Below, in pieces: positions 9,744-19,278 of a stretch of DNA of 64,000 nucleotides. Origin of the DNA: Gammaproteobacteria bacterium (GTDB taxonomy: Bacteria > Pseudomonadota > Gammaproteobacteria > JAJFJF01); assembly GCA_021774255.1 (NCBI GenBank), contig JAJFJF010000007.1, positions 33,133 through 97,132 of the forward strand. The letters run 5' to 3'. Under the pieces are notes generated by a model, which did no database searches, was not told the origin of the DNA, and was given only the letters and a program-made list of their open reading frames with translations. A program made the translations under genes and the position numbers. The first letter of the stretch is position 1; each line of letters begins with the position of its first letter.

Positions 9744-10513
9744 CCGTTACACTTATTCAAAGCCCACTACACTGGCATGCGCCCGAGAAAAATCGCGTGC
9801 TGTTTTCTAAAAAAATTGATGCCCTTGACGGCACGACTGATTTAATCATTTTACCGGAAATGTTTACAACGGGCTTTACCATGGCGGCAACAGAGCTTGC
9901 TGAGACGATGACCGGTCCGACTGTCGAGTGGATGCACACAATAGCGCATGCAAAAAACGCTGTTATCACAGGCAGTTTAATCATTGAAGATAACGGCCAT
10001 TACTACAATCGTTTAATCTGGATGCCGCCCAATGGCGCACTGCAGTACTACGACAAGCGCCATCTCTTTCGCATGGCAAAAGAGCATGCACATTATACGG
10101 CTGGCCACACTCGCCCTCTTTTTATGTTACATGGCTGGCGCGTGTGCCCGCTGATTTGTTACGACTTGCGTTTCCCTGTTTGGAGCCGCAATAACAGTGA
10201 TAATGCATTTGATTTGCTAGTTTTTGTGGCCAATTGGCCTCGTGTACGCCACGGTGCCTGGAAAGCACTGCTGAAAGCCCGCGCGATTGAAAATTCAGCG
10301 TATGTGGTTGGCGTTAATCGTGTGGGCCAAGATGATAACGATATTGATTATGCAGGTGACAGTGTCGCACTGAATTATCTAGGGGAAAGTTTAATCGACT
10401 GTGCGGATAGAGACACTGTGCAGAGCGTGCCGCTAGATTACCAGGCGTTGCAAGATTTTCGCGCCCGCTTCCCTGCGCATCAAGATGCTGATCGGTTTAC
10501 TATTGATCTCTAA
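9731..10513 (+). CDS. yafV: Omega-amidase / carbon-nitrogen hydrolase (YafV-like nitrilase superfamily)
   Basis: Nitrilase-fold catalytic triad context ('ILPEMF', 'ICYDLRFP'). Overlaps the ybdL stop. Confidence 0.8.
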   Translation: MHNLTVTLIQSPLHWHAPEKNRVLFSKKIDALDGTTDLIILPEMFTTGFTMAATELAETMTGPTVEWMHTIAHAKNAVITGSLIIEDNGHYYNRLIWMPPNGALQYYDKRHLFRMAKEHAHYTAGHTRPLFMLHGWRVCPLICYDLRFPVWSRNNSDNAFDLLVFVANWPRVRHGAWKALLKARAIENSAYVVGVNRVGQDDNDIDYAGDSVALNYLGESLIDCADRDTVQSVPLDYQALQDFRARFPAHQDADRFTIDL

Positions 10514-11547
10514 AACGACAACACACCCCTTACTATCCAATAGCCCCCGACACTTAACCACAAAAACAAAATCAGCCCTAAATAAAACGGTTTCACCCCT
10601 ACCGCTTTAATCTTTTTAAAACTGGTTTCCATCCCCAAGGCACACATTGCCATCGTGAGTAAAAAAGTATCCAGCCGATTGATCTGTGTCACCAAACCCT
10701 CTGGCAAAAATTGTAAAGAATTGATCCCGGCAAACACAATAAAACCAAAGGCAAACCAAGGAATAGGCACTTTATGTTTTGCCACCTCACCTTCTGCTGG
10801 GTGCTGCGCCCGCCACGCTATCCACGCCCCCATGATGAGCAACAACGGTGCCAACATTAACACACGCCCCATTTTCACAATCACCGCGGTTTCAGCCGCA
10901 CTCTCACTCACTGCCTTGCCCGCTGCCACCACTTGTGCGACTTCATGCACGGTGGCGCCCGTGTAAATTCCGTAGGTTTGCGCATCAAAATGTAAAATGC
11001 CCGTGCTATAAACGATCGGATATAAAAACATCGCCAGGGTACCAAACAAAACGACGGTCGCCACCGCAATTGTTGCCTGGTGTGGTTTTGCACGAATGGT
11101 AGGCTCCGTTGCCAACACCGCTGCCGCGCCACAAATAGACGCGCCCATCGCGGTTAACAAAGAGGTGTGTCCATCCAACTTCAGCAAACGCTGCCCAGCG
11201 ACCACGCCGAGCAATAAGGTACTGACTAAAATAATGAAGCTTGCAAGCAACCCAGCCCCCCCCACAGCCACTATCTGCTGAAAGGTAATATGAAAGCCAT
11301 ACAGCATGACCGCCAAGCGCAAAATTTGCTTGGTGGAAAAGACAATGCCCGGGTTCCACTGCGCTGGCAAGCTATCACGAAAGGTATTGGCATAGACCAT
11401 GCCCAATACCACACCGATAATAAGCGGGCTGATATTCCATTGCGCTACTAGCGGCAAGCCCGCTATCAGGCTTGAAACCAAAGCAAACAAGGCCACGAAA
11501 ATGACACCGCTGGCGGTGTGGTGCATTTTAAGCGTTAAAATAGGCAT
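10510..11547 (-). CDS. yeiH: YeiH/UPF0324 family putative sulfate exporter membrane protein
   Basis: Polytopic Gly/Ala-rich membrane protein of about 345 aa. Start set at the internal M (MPILTLK) preceded by GAGGA, rather than the ORF start at 11586. Confidence 0.7.
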   Translation of the reverse strand: MPILTLKMHHTASGVIFVALFALVSSLIAGLPLVAQWNISPLIIGVVLGMVYANTFRDSLPAQWNPGIVFSTKQILRLAVMLYGFHITFQQIVAVGGAGLLASFIILVSTLLLGVVAGQRLLKLDGHTSLLTAMGASICGAAAVLATEPTIRAKPHQATIAVATVVLFGTLAMFLYPIVYSTGILHFDAQTYGIYTGATVHEVAQVVAAGKAVSESAAETAVIVKMGRVLMLAPLLLIMGAWIAWRAQHPAEGEVAKHKVPIPWFAFGFIVFAGINSLQFLPEGLVTQINRLDTFLLTMAMCALGMETSFKKIKAVGVKPFYLGLILFLWLSVGGYWIVRGVLSF

Positions 11548-11608
11548 ATCATCCTCAAAAAGAAAACCATAGTATTGCGGCCCCACATTTTGTAAACTAC
11601 TCTTCGTT

Positions 11609-13180
11609 TTGCATAAGTCGCTCGAGAACAGTTTGATGCGCTCACAATTTGGACAACTTGGACCTGCTTGTCAATCACTTCACCACACTCTTTTTGCACT
11701 TTTAATAGGGAGTGTGTTACTCATCGCAGGCATGAGCACGGCGATTGCCTTGCCACCGGGTGACGGCTTCACTCTCGCCGCCCAAATTGGGCCAGAAGAC
11801 GCACCGCGTTATCAACTCACGATTTCCAGTGAAGACAACACTGCTATTTATACTCGATTTGCGGAAAAATTCTATCAGGTCACCGTGACGGATATCTTGC
11901 CACTCCATGATGCCGATCTGACTTTTCTTTATGAGCTCGTTGATCACAGCGACTTTTTCTCACTTCCTTCGCATTATACCTGCGATGCCACCTGTGAGGC
12001 CGACTACCTGACGATGAGTGCCAGCATGAATGGCGAGTCTCATACTGTACAGGCGCAAAACACATCTGTCCTGACGCTTGAATTACTCATATTGGCGATG
12101 AATACGCTACTGCCCAAAGAGCGCCAGTTACCGGTTGCTATCGATCCCCCTGACATCACGATTACCTGGTTAGGCGACCTTCATACAAAAGTCACTGACA
12201 TTGACAACTGGGAAACTTCCACGTTGGCGGCACTGGATCGCTGGCACACCGCGCAGCTTAATATTCTCATGACCACACCAGAAGCCTCAGATTATGACGC
12301 GCGTCTGGCTGAGATCACACGCGAATATGAAACGGTACTGCATGAAACACAACGCTCTGCAGAAATACTATTAGACCAGCAGCTCATCACACCGCTAAAT
12401 GCCGTACTGGCGAGCCCTTCGATCCGTTACGCACCGGAGGCTGAATTAGAAAGCAGCATTGCCACACCCGTGCCGCCCTTACCTGCACCGCATTTAGATG
12501 CGCCCGATCCACACATTATCGATCTGGATGCGATACTGAAATGGCAATACCGCCCTTACCTGCAAATTGATTTGGGTTATAGCGACACCAATTTATTCCG
12601 TATTTACCCTTTTGACGACACCCTTAGCGCCGACATTGATTTCAGTGATGATGGCTTTGTCTATATGGTCGCAACGGGTTATCAATTTTTATCTTTCTTA
12701 GCTGCTGAAGCGGGCTTTATTCAATTTGCAAAGATCACAGAAGACGTGAGTGACATTCGCGGTATTGGCCAAGGAAATGACTTTCTCAATTCAGATCTGC
12801 AGCTTTATTCATTCTATCTTGCTGCCAAACTGATTTTACCGGTGCATCGCTGGGGCTTGAGCTTTTTCAGTAAACTCGGTATCGCCTGGACCTGGCTCGA
12901 CATCGAACTCGATGGCTTTGTCTGCAGCGAAGGCGGCGAGCTTGATTTAAGCAAAACAGAAGACGGCGTGAGCTTTTTGCTCGCCTTTGGCGCCTCTTAC
13001 ACCCCTGAACGCTTTCCCAATTTTGCCATCAACCTGCAATGGCTGCGTTTATTCGATGTTGAAAATGCGGACGTGATCGACGATGTCGTCGTCAACCTCG
13101 ATAGCTTTGATATTGATGCCATCACCGTCGCGCTGGTGTATCAGTTTGATCTCTTTGATTTAGTCAACGGCTCACGTTAA
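11609..13180 (+). CDS. Outer-membrane protein: unknown N-terminal domain of about 300 aa fused to an OmpA-like beta-barrel paralogous to the 6446..7135 product
   Basis: C-terminal 'GYQFLSFLAAEAGFIQFA...LAFGASYTP...ITVALVYQF' aligns with 'GYQFTPFFALETGFIYFA...LGFGAAYAI...FTVGLAYKF' of the 229-aa OMP. Hydrophobic signal region present. Confidence 0.7.
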   Translation: MHKSLENSLMRSQFGQLGPACQSLHHTLFALLIGSVLLIAGMSTAIALPPGDGFTLAAQIGPEDAPRYQLTISSEDNTAIYTRFAEKFYQVTVTDILPLHDADLTFLYELVDHSDFFSLPSHYTCDATCEADYLTMSASMNGESHTVQAQNTSVLTLELLILAMNTLLPKERQLPVAIDPPDITITWLGDLHTKVTDIDNWETSTLAALDRWHTAQLNILMTTPEASDYDARLAEITREYETVLHETQRSAEILLDQQLITPLNAVLASPSIRYAPEAELESSIATPVPPLPAPHLDAPDPHIIDLDAILKWQYRPYLQIDLGYSDTNLFRIYPFDDTLSADIDFSDDGFVYMVATGYQFLSFLAAEAGFIQFAKITEDVSDIRGIGQGNDFLNSDLQLYSFYLAAKLILPVHRWGLSFFSKLGIAWTWLDIELDGFVCSEGGELDLSKTEDGVSFLLAFGASYTPERFPNFAINLQWLRLFDVENADVIDDVVVNLDSFDIDAITVALVYQFDLFDLVNGSR

Positions 13181-13331
13181 ACACCGCATGCGATAGCATT
13201 TGAAGGCACTCTCCTCAAGCACAAAAACAAGCAAGTTGATTTACTTATAATTTGACCTGCCCCTCAAATTAAGATACTTTGCTAACCTACTTAAAAATAT
13301 TTTTCCTGAACGCGTAAAAAAAGGGGGCGTT

Positions 13332-15455
13332 ATGAACAAAGCGATTGTTCCTTCTCTCGTAGTCTCAATTGCACTTTTCTCGGTGCAAGCACACTCTAAA
13401 ACTTCTCTTGAAACCCATCTCTTAGACCCTAGCACTTGCATCAGTGTCGACAACTGCCCAGCCGGCGCTTATTACTTTTCTCCTGAACACGATGTTGCCC
13501 AACTCAACCAGGTAGCTGATATTGTGTTGCAAAAAATGGAAATGGACAGCGAATTTTCCACCGACCGTTATGCTTTTTTGTTAGCACCGGGTGTGTATAC
13601 GGGTACGCAAAATGGCGATGACGTACTTTATCATCGCTTTGCGTCTGATGAAGTTAAACAAAATGCGGGGCTCAATATTGTGTTGGGTTACTACACGTTT
13701 GTGCATGGTTTGGGTGATCACCCTGCCAGCGTGAGCATCAGTAATTTGGAAGTGCGTAATCAGTGTGACCCTAGCATTCCTAACAACCCTGATTGCATTC
13801 AACCTGGCGGCTTAGATAACTTTTGGCGCGGCGCCGAAAATATTCGTGTTCACCGCACGGCACCGGGGGACATTATTTTAGCAGCGTCACAAGCCGTGCC
13901 TTTTAGAAACTTAGATATCCATTTACCTGAACCGACTCCAGACTACCCTAATCCACAACTGTTACTCTGTGACTATCGCACACCCGAAATTTGGGCATGC
14001 GGTTACACCAGTGGTGGTTATATGGCCAACGTGAATGTGGCTGGCAATATTGTGCCGGGTTCGCAGCAGCAATATTTTGTGCGTAACAGTGAATTTACTG
14101 AAATGAGTTTAGGGGCATTATGGAATACCGTCGTGCTGGGGTCGGGTGAACGCTATACCGCCCCCGATAAAGACGACATCGAAATTGGCGGTGAGCTCTG
14201 GGATACCTTCCCTTACACACTTGAACAAGACGTGCCGATCGTTGCTGAAAAACCGTTTATTTGGCAAGAAGGTGGCGGCGATGCTAAAACCTTTAAACTT
14301 CGCGTACCCAATCGCATGATCAATCGTGAAGGTGTGCATTGGCCTATTCAAGGCAATGATATTGAGGTAACAGAAGATAACTTTGTGATTGTCAGCCAGA
14401 TCAGCGACCCGAGCGGCAAGCTTAGCCCACAACGCGTGAGCGAAATTAACCATGCGATCAATAATGAAGGCAAACATTTGTTGTTTATGCCGGGTGATTA
14501 TTTGATTGAAGATACGATTCAAGCACAAAGAGATGGCGTGATTGTACACGGTATTGCCACCACCATGGTCTGCGGTAATGCGCAAGCCTGTTTAACAGTT
14601 AGTGGCGCGAACAGTAAAATCAGCGGCTTGACCCTCGATGCTGCTTACGTCAGTGAATCCGCTCCCAAAACACCCGCACTCTTGCATGTTCAACACACCG
14701 CACGTGATGCTGATTTAAGCGATATTGCTTGTCGTGTGGGCGGTAAACCAAGACCTTATGAAGTGCAATCAAGCGATCAAGATCTCGTCAACAACTTGGG
14801 CACCTGCCTGCAGGTTGACGCTGACAATGTCATTATTGATCACGCTTGGCTATGGCGTGCAGATCACGGTGAAACCGGCTCTAGCAACAACGATGATTAT
14901 ATCGGTTGGGAAGTGAATAAAGCCGACCACGGTATTGTGGTGAATGGCGCGAATGTGACGGCGTACGGTTTATTTGTTGAGCATTTTCAGCATTACCAAA
15001 CTTTATGGAATGGTGAAAACGGTCGTACCTTTTTCTATCAGTCAGAGCTCCCCTATGATGTGCCTGGCGCGGCGGCATGGCAATGTGATCAGTTAAAAGG
15101 CGATGTCAGCAATAACGTAGGCTATTGCGCCTCGTATAAAGTGGCCGATCATGTGAATGCACATCAGGCAAAAGGGTTAGGTGTGTACTCTTATTTTGAC
15201 GATTTCCAAAACCCAGGCGGCGGCCAAGGCGAAATCTATTTAGCCAATGCGATTGAAGTACCGGCTAAACCGGGTATGCAATTTAGCAATATCATTGCCG
15301 TGTATCTTGATGGTATTAAAGATTTGCCGGCACAAAAAAGTGGCTTTTTAAATATCATTAACAATACAGGCGGCCCTACGATTGGTTCGGTGGACATGCT
15401 AAATGATGGCGAGTTTGAAAAGCTAAGAACTGCCCTGCCTGGTTACGCAGGTTGA
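13332..15455 (+). CDS. Secreted 707-aa hypothetical protein (possible beta-helix glycosidase/lyase-like fold)
   Basis: RBS AAAGGGGG. Signal peptide MNKAIVPSLVVSIALFSVQAHS. Motif 'IIDHAWLWRADHG'. No confident family assignment. Confidence 0.7.
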   Translation: MNKAIVPSLVVSIALFSVQAHSKTSLETHLLDPSTCISVDNCPAGAYYFSPEHDVAQLNQVADIVLQKMEMDSEFSTDRYAFLLAPGVYTGTQNGDDVLYHRFASDEVKQNAGLNIVLGYYTFVHGLGDHPASVSISNLEVRNQCDPSIPNNPDCIQPGGLDNFWRGAENIRVHRTAPGDIILAASQAVPFRNLDIHLPEPTPDYPNPQLLLCDYRTPEIWACGYTSGGYMANVNVAGNIVPGSQQQYFVRNSEFTEMSLGALWNTVVLGSGERYTAPDKDDIEIGGELWDTFPYTLEQDVPIVAEKPFIWQEGGGDAKTFKLRVPNRMINREGVHWPIQGNDIEVTEDNFVIVSQISDPSGKLSPQRVSEINHAINNEGKHLLFMPGDYLIEDTIQAQRDGVIVHGIATTMVCGNAQACLTVSGANSKISGLTLDAAYVSESAPKTPALLHVQHTARDADLSDIACRVGGKPRPYEVQSSDQDLVNNLGTCLQVDADNVIIDHAWLWRADHGETGSSNNDDYIGWEVNKADHGIVVNGANVTAYGLFVEHFQHYQTLWNGENGRTFFYQSELPYDVPGAAAWQCDQLKGDVSNNVGYCASYKVADHVNAHQAKGLGVYSYFDDFQNPGGGQGEIYLANAIEVPAKPGMQFSNIIAVYLDGIKDLPAQKSGFLNIINNTGGPTIGSVDMLNDGEFEKLRTALPGYAG

Positions 15456-15572
15456 ATTTATACTTCTAACTTGTTTTAGAATGTTTTAAAAACGTTATGT
15501 TGAAAAACTGGGTGCAAGATCCCTTGTGCCCAAGAGTTCTTTGGGATATCTCCTCATCCCTGTACGTGTGGT

Positions 15573-15594
15573 AGGGGCACGGCGTCGTGCCCCT
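15573..15594. other. GC-rich perfect hairpin (9-bp stem AGGGGCACG/CGTGCCCCT, 4-nt loop) between convergent genes
   Basis: aggggcacg-gcgt-cgtgcccct. Only a weak U-tract follows on the + strand. Confidence 0.35.
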
Positions 15595-15598
15595 GCCA

Positions 15599-17257
15599 TC
15601 ACTTTTCCCGAGCAACTACTCCCAAAATATACACCTCGATGTAGCGGATCTGCTCCCCCAGCCCTTTTTGCAAGGTAGCCATCTTGGTCAGCTCATCGAG
15701 GCTCTGCCCTGTTGCCCCGGTTGTTGCCCACCTCCTGCTTCTGCCTCGTCTTCCTTTTGATGAGCCGCTAACCGCTTGCTCAGCTCCTTCACCTTCTGTT
15801 GCTGAAAGCTTTGCGACTAGTGATTCAAGCACACCATGCTCCCAGTGTGCCTGGGCAAGCAATATTCCTATCATGCTAAGCCATGAGTGATGCTCAACAT
15901 CCTTCTTGCCAGGAACAGAGCTGATGTAGGGCATATCCAAGCATACCTGAATGCCATCAAACAACGTTTGGCTATTAGCAAGAATACACGGTATCTCTGA
16001 AACGCTTGGAAGATGATCAAACGCGTAATTTATTTGTGCACGCAATGCATGCCGTAATGAAAAGATCTGCTCGTCGGTGTGTCCTATTAAAACTGCAGCC
16101 TCGAGTGCTTGGAGCTGTGTAGTTGCCTCAAAGAGTAAAGCTTGAAACTTCTTTTCAAATGCCTCAACCGTCACTCGCCCAGGAGAAAGATACTGGTCAC
16201 AAAATTGTTGATTTAGTTGAGCTAAGCTAGCCAGCCGTGTTTCACTTTGCCCTATTAACCCAGTGGCTTCTTCCTCAAGTGCATCCCTATCTTTTGTTCT
16301 ACGTTCCAGACTCACTCGCAACTGCAACTGATCGCACACCCTACGAATCGGACTTTCAGGGTGCGCGCGTTGACTGTGCTTTCTAAGCTTGCCAAGCAGT
16401 ATTTCTGCGGCATCCACTTCCAACCCTTGTGTTTCCCCCACCCGCTTTTGCTCACCACATAAACGTTCAAAATTATCTCTCTGATCATCTCCCCGCATCA
16501 AAAGTACCTTCAAGCATTCAAGTATTTTTTTAAAATGCTTACAAAGTACATTGAGTTTAAGCATTGTACTCACTGCTTCAGAAAGTGGATCAGTGAAAAT
16601 ACTCATATCCTCATTGAATTCTTCATCTTCCTGTGTTGTGAAATCGACATCGAGAATATCAATATTTTCTAGGTTCAAAGAAGAAACAGCCTCACAAACT
16701 TCTCGCAACATTAAGCAAGCTCCATTAGTTTGCTCAATGGCCCAGCACCGAAATGTTTTCCTAAACGCAGGCAACTTCGTCGTCATCTCTTCGAGCAATT
16801 GCATGGCACCCACGCTTCTGGCCTTTTCAACTTCACTTTCTAAAGCGACTAAACTTTTTACCACCCAAAAAAAGAACGTGGATATTGTTTGGCAAAAACG
16901 GTTCAAGTCTTCTTCGGGGCCAATGGAGGGCAAGTGCTTCAATACAATACCCAGTGCTTGCTTAAGCAACGGCGTTGTTGCTGTCTGCAAAGTTTCAAGC
17001 AACTTCTCGTGCATGCGATCTCGTTGCATGCATCCGTGCCCTGTCCGCGCTGTGTATTTTTCATTAAGCTTTTTTGGGCTATCTACATCTGCATGGCTCA
17101 TCGCCTGCGACAACTCTTGAGTGTAAAAACCACCCTCTGTTTCTGAGGTTGAGCGAGTAGCAAGATCAAGATACTTTGACAATTCACTAGATTGTCCTTC
17201 AAGAAGTCGTTGTGATGCCTCGGGATCAAGTTCTGGTTTGCTTCCCTCATTCCCCAT
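15599..17257 (-). CDS. Eukaryote-like 552-aa protein with N-terminal MGxxxS (N-myristoylation-type) motif; candidate secreted effector
   Basis: Begins MGNEGSKPE. GC is higher than the surrounding genes. Helical and acidic composition. No bacterial family recognised. Confidence 0.65.
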   Translation of the reverse strand: MGNEGSKPELDPEASQRLLEGQSSELSKYLDLATRSTSETEGGFYTQELSQAMSHADVDSPKKLNEKYTARTGHGCMQRDRMHEKLLETLQTATTPLLKQALGIVLKHLPSIGPEEDLNRFCQTISTFFFWVVKSLVALESEVEKARSVGAMQLLEEMTTKLPAFRKTFRCWAIEQTNGACLMLREVCEAVSSLNLENIDILDVDFTTQEDEEFNEDMSIFTDPLSEAVSTMLKLNVLCKHFKKILECLKVLLMRGDDQRDNFERLCGEQKRVGETQGLEVDAAEILLGKLRKHSQRAHPESPIRRVCDQLQLRVSLERRTKDRDALEEEATGLIGQSETRLASLAQLNQQFCDQYLSPGRVTVEAFEKKFQALLFEATTQLQALEAAVLIGHTDEQIFSLRHALRAQINYAFDHLPSVSEIPCILANSQTLFDGIQVCLDMPYISSVPGKKDVEHHSWLSMIGILLAQAHWEHGVLESLVAKLSATEGEGAEQAVSGSSKGRRGRSRRWATTGATGQSLDELTKMATLQKGLGEQIRYIEVYILGVVAREK

Positions 17258-17390
17258 CTCATCACTGTGTCTCTCTGATGATATTGTGTAACATTGACAG
17301 GGAAATTACCTAGCTTCCAAATGAAGTCGAGATGAGACCTATAGCACGCTAACCGTGCAAAAAATTACCTTTGAGATTCAATCTACCGCA

Positions 17391-18185
17391 CTACCGCTGA
17401 TGCAAATTGGCTAAGACATTCATCACCCATTTGTTGGGCATGATGCGAGAAATGTGGGAACTGATGTAATTGAAAAAACCGGGAATGTAGACGCGCTTGC
17501 CACCCATCATGGCCTGATACCCTTTTTTAGCGACCTGCTCGGCTGTCATCATCGGTACCGTGCCATTGTGAATAGGGCTATTTTTGAGATCCGCGGCGTC
17601 AGAAAAGGCAGTGGCCGTCGGGCCTGGGCACAGCGCGGTGGCGGTCACGCCCGTGCCTTTTAATTCGCGACTTAACGCTTCTGAAAAAGACAACACATAC
17701 GCTTTGCTGGCAAAATACACTGCCATATAAGGGCCTGGCTGATAAGCCGACGTGGAAGCAATATTAAGAATGCGCCCTCGACCACGCTCAATCATCTGCG
17801 GTATTAAACGCTGCGCTAGCTCCGTCAACACCACCATATTCACCATCATCATGGCTTGATTAAGGCGCGGCTCAATCTCATCCAGCCGCCCTTTCATACC
17901 AAAACCAGCATTATTGACCAAAATATCAATCTGCAGGCCGCGTTGCGATAAGGCGCTAAACAGCTTATCAGCTGCATTGGGCTCAGCAAGATCTTGTACA
18001 ATCACCTCTACCTTGACGCCATACTCGCGGGATAACTGCTCAGCCAACGCATTGAGCAACGCTTCGCGCCGCGCAACAATCACCAAATTATGCTGCTGCT
18101 TGGCCAATTCTTCGGCAAGCGCCTTACCGATGCCGCTGGACGCGCCTGTGACGAGCGCAGTTGAAGATAAATTGTTATTTGCCAT
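17391..18185 (-). CDS. Short-chain dehydrogenase/reductase (SDR) family oxidoreductase
   Basis: 'TGASSGIGKA' Rossmann motif and 'YxxxK' active site (YFASKAY). Start set at MANNNLS. Confidence 0.85.
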   Translation of the reverse strand: MANNNLSSTALVTGASSGIGKALAEELAKQQHNLVIVARREALLNALAEQLSREYGVKVEVIVQDLAEPNAADKLFSALSQRGLQIDILVNNAGFGMKGRLDEIEPRLNQAMMMVNMVVLTELAQRLIPQMIERGRGRILNIASTSAYQPGPYMAVYFASKAYVLSFSEALSRELKGTGVTATALCPGPTATAFSDAADLKNSPIHNGTVPMMTAEQVAKKGYQAMMGGKRVYIPGFFNYISSHISRIMPNKWVMNVLANLHQR

Positions 18186-18363
18186 GCTTGTGGACTCAAT
18201 AAAATTTTCCCTGTTATTACAGTATAGTTGAATTTTATTAAAAAACGTCATTTAGCTAACTTATACAATAAGTTTGCAGTAGTTGCTTACTCCCTACCCC
18301 ATCATCCTTTATAATACGAGGTCTTTTAAGCAAAACAGCGCTCTTTTTTTAGGAAATCGACTT

Positions 18364-19278
18364 ATGACCAGCACCGCACACCCTTCTCCAGACAGACTCC
18401 GTATTGGCTTGCAGAAATCTGGCCGTTTAAGCGACGACTCACTGCACCTACTTGACCGTTGCGGAATTAAAATCCGCAAACACCGAGACCGCTTGTTTCA
18501 ACATAGCGAGAATTTCCCCTTGGATGTGCTACTAGTGCGTGATGATGATATCCCTGAATTGGTGATGGATGGGATCTGTGATATCGGCATTGTAGGCACC
18601 AATGTACTGCATGAAAAAGCCTTAAAGCGTAACCAACAAGGTATTGATGATGGCATTGAAACCTTACACACCTTAAATTTTGGGGGTTGCCGTTTGTCGA
18701 TTGCGGTGCCCGAACAACTGGAATACGTCGATATTAATTGCCTGGCCGGTAAACGCGTGGCTACCACCTACCCTTATTTACTGCAGCAATTTTGTGCCGA
18801 GCAAAACGTCGACATGAAAGCGATTATGCTCAACGGCTCAGTGGAAATTGCACCGCGCCTTGGCATTGCCGATGCCGTTTGTGATTTGGTCTCAACCGGC
18901 GCGACACTACAAGCCAATGGCCTGCGCGAAGTGGAAACCGTGTTTACCAGCCAAGCGGTGATGGTGAAAAACCAACATGAATGGCCTGTCGAAAAACAAG
19001 CGACCGCCGCATTGCTCGAGCGCCGACTAGAAGGCGTGCTGCAAGCCAATGAAAGTAAATACATCATGCTGCATAGCTCCAAAGCTTCGCTGGAAAAAGT
19101 GATTGATTTACTCCCAGGCGTGGAACACCCCACGATTGTACCGCTTGAAAAAAACAATGACGCGGTGGCAATCCATGCTGTCTGTCATGAAACGGTATTC
19201 TGGAACACCATGGAAAAATTAAAAGCCGCAGGCGCCAGTTCTATTCTCGTGCTGCCGATTGAAAAGATGATGCTGTAA
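18364..19278 (+). CDS. hisG: ATP phosphoribosyltransferase
   Basis: Collinear with E. coli HisG (RLRIGLQKSGRLSDDS..., ...GASSILVLPIEKMM). Start at MTSTAH. Confidence 0.9.
   Translation: MTSTAHPSPDRLRIGLQKSGRLSDDSLHLLDRCGIKIRKHRDRLFQHSENFPLDVLLVRDDDIPELVMDGICDIGIVGTNVLHEKALKRNQQGIDDGIETLHTLNFGGCRLSIAVPEQLEYVDINCLAGKRVATTYPYLLQQFCAEQNVDMKAIMLNGSVEIAPRLGIADAVCDLVSTGATLQANGLREVETVFTSQAVMVKNQHEWPVEKQATAALLERRLEGVLQANESKYIMLHSSKASLEKVIDLLPGVEHPTIVPLEKNNDAVAIHAVCHETVFWNTMEKLKAAGASSILVLPIEKMML

Noticed and set aside
10655-11359. ORFs antisense or in alternative frames within yeiH (103, 84, 74, 117 and 61 aa)
   Set aside because: They are embedded in a well-supported membrane protein gene and have low-complexity Ala/Pro composition typical of frame artefacts.
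16551-17146. 189-aa and 85-aa + strand ORFs inside the eukaryote-like gene
   Set aside because: They are antisense shadow ORFs of the 552-aa gene with no start-site support.
18251-18363. His-leader peptide or attenuator upstream of hisG
   Set aside because: No run of His codons or alternative hairpins was found. Only a weak AGCGCT-T7 feature is present, so the operon is probably not attenuation-controlled here.
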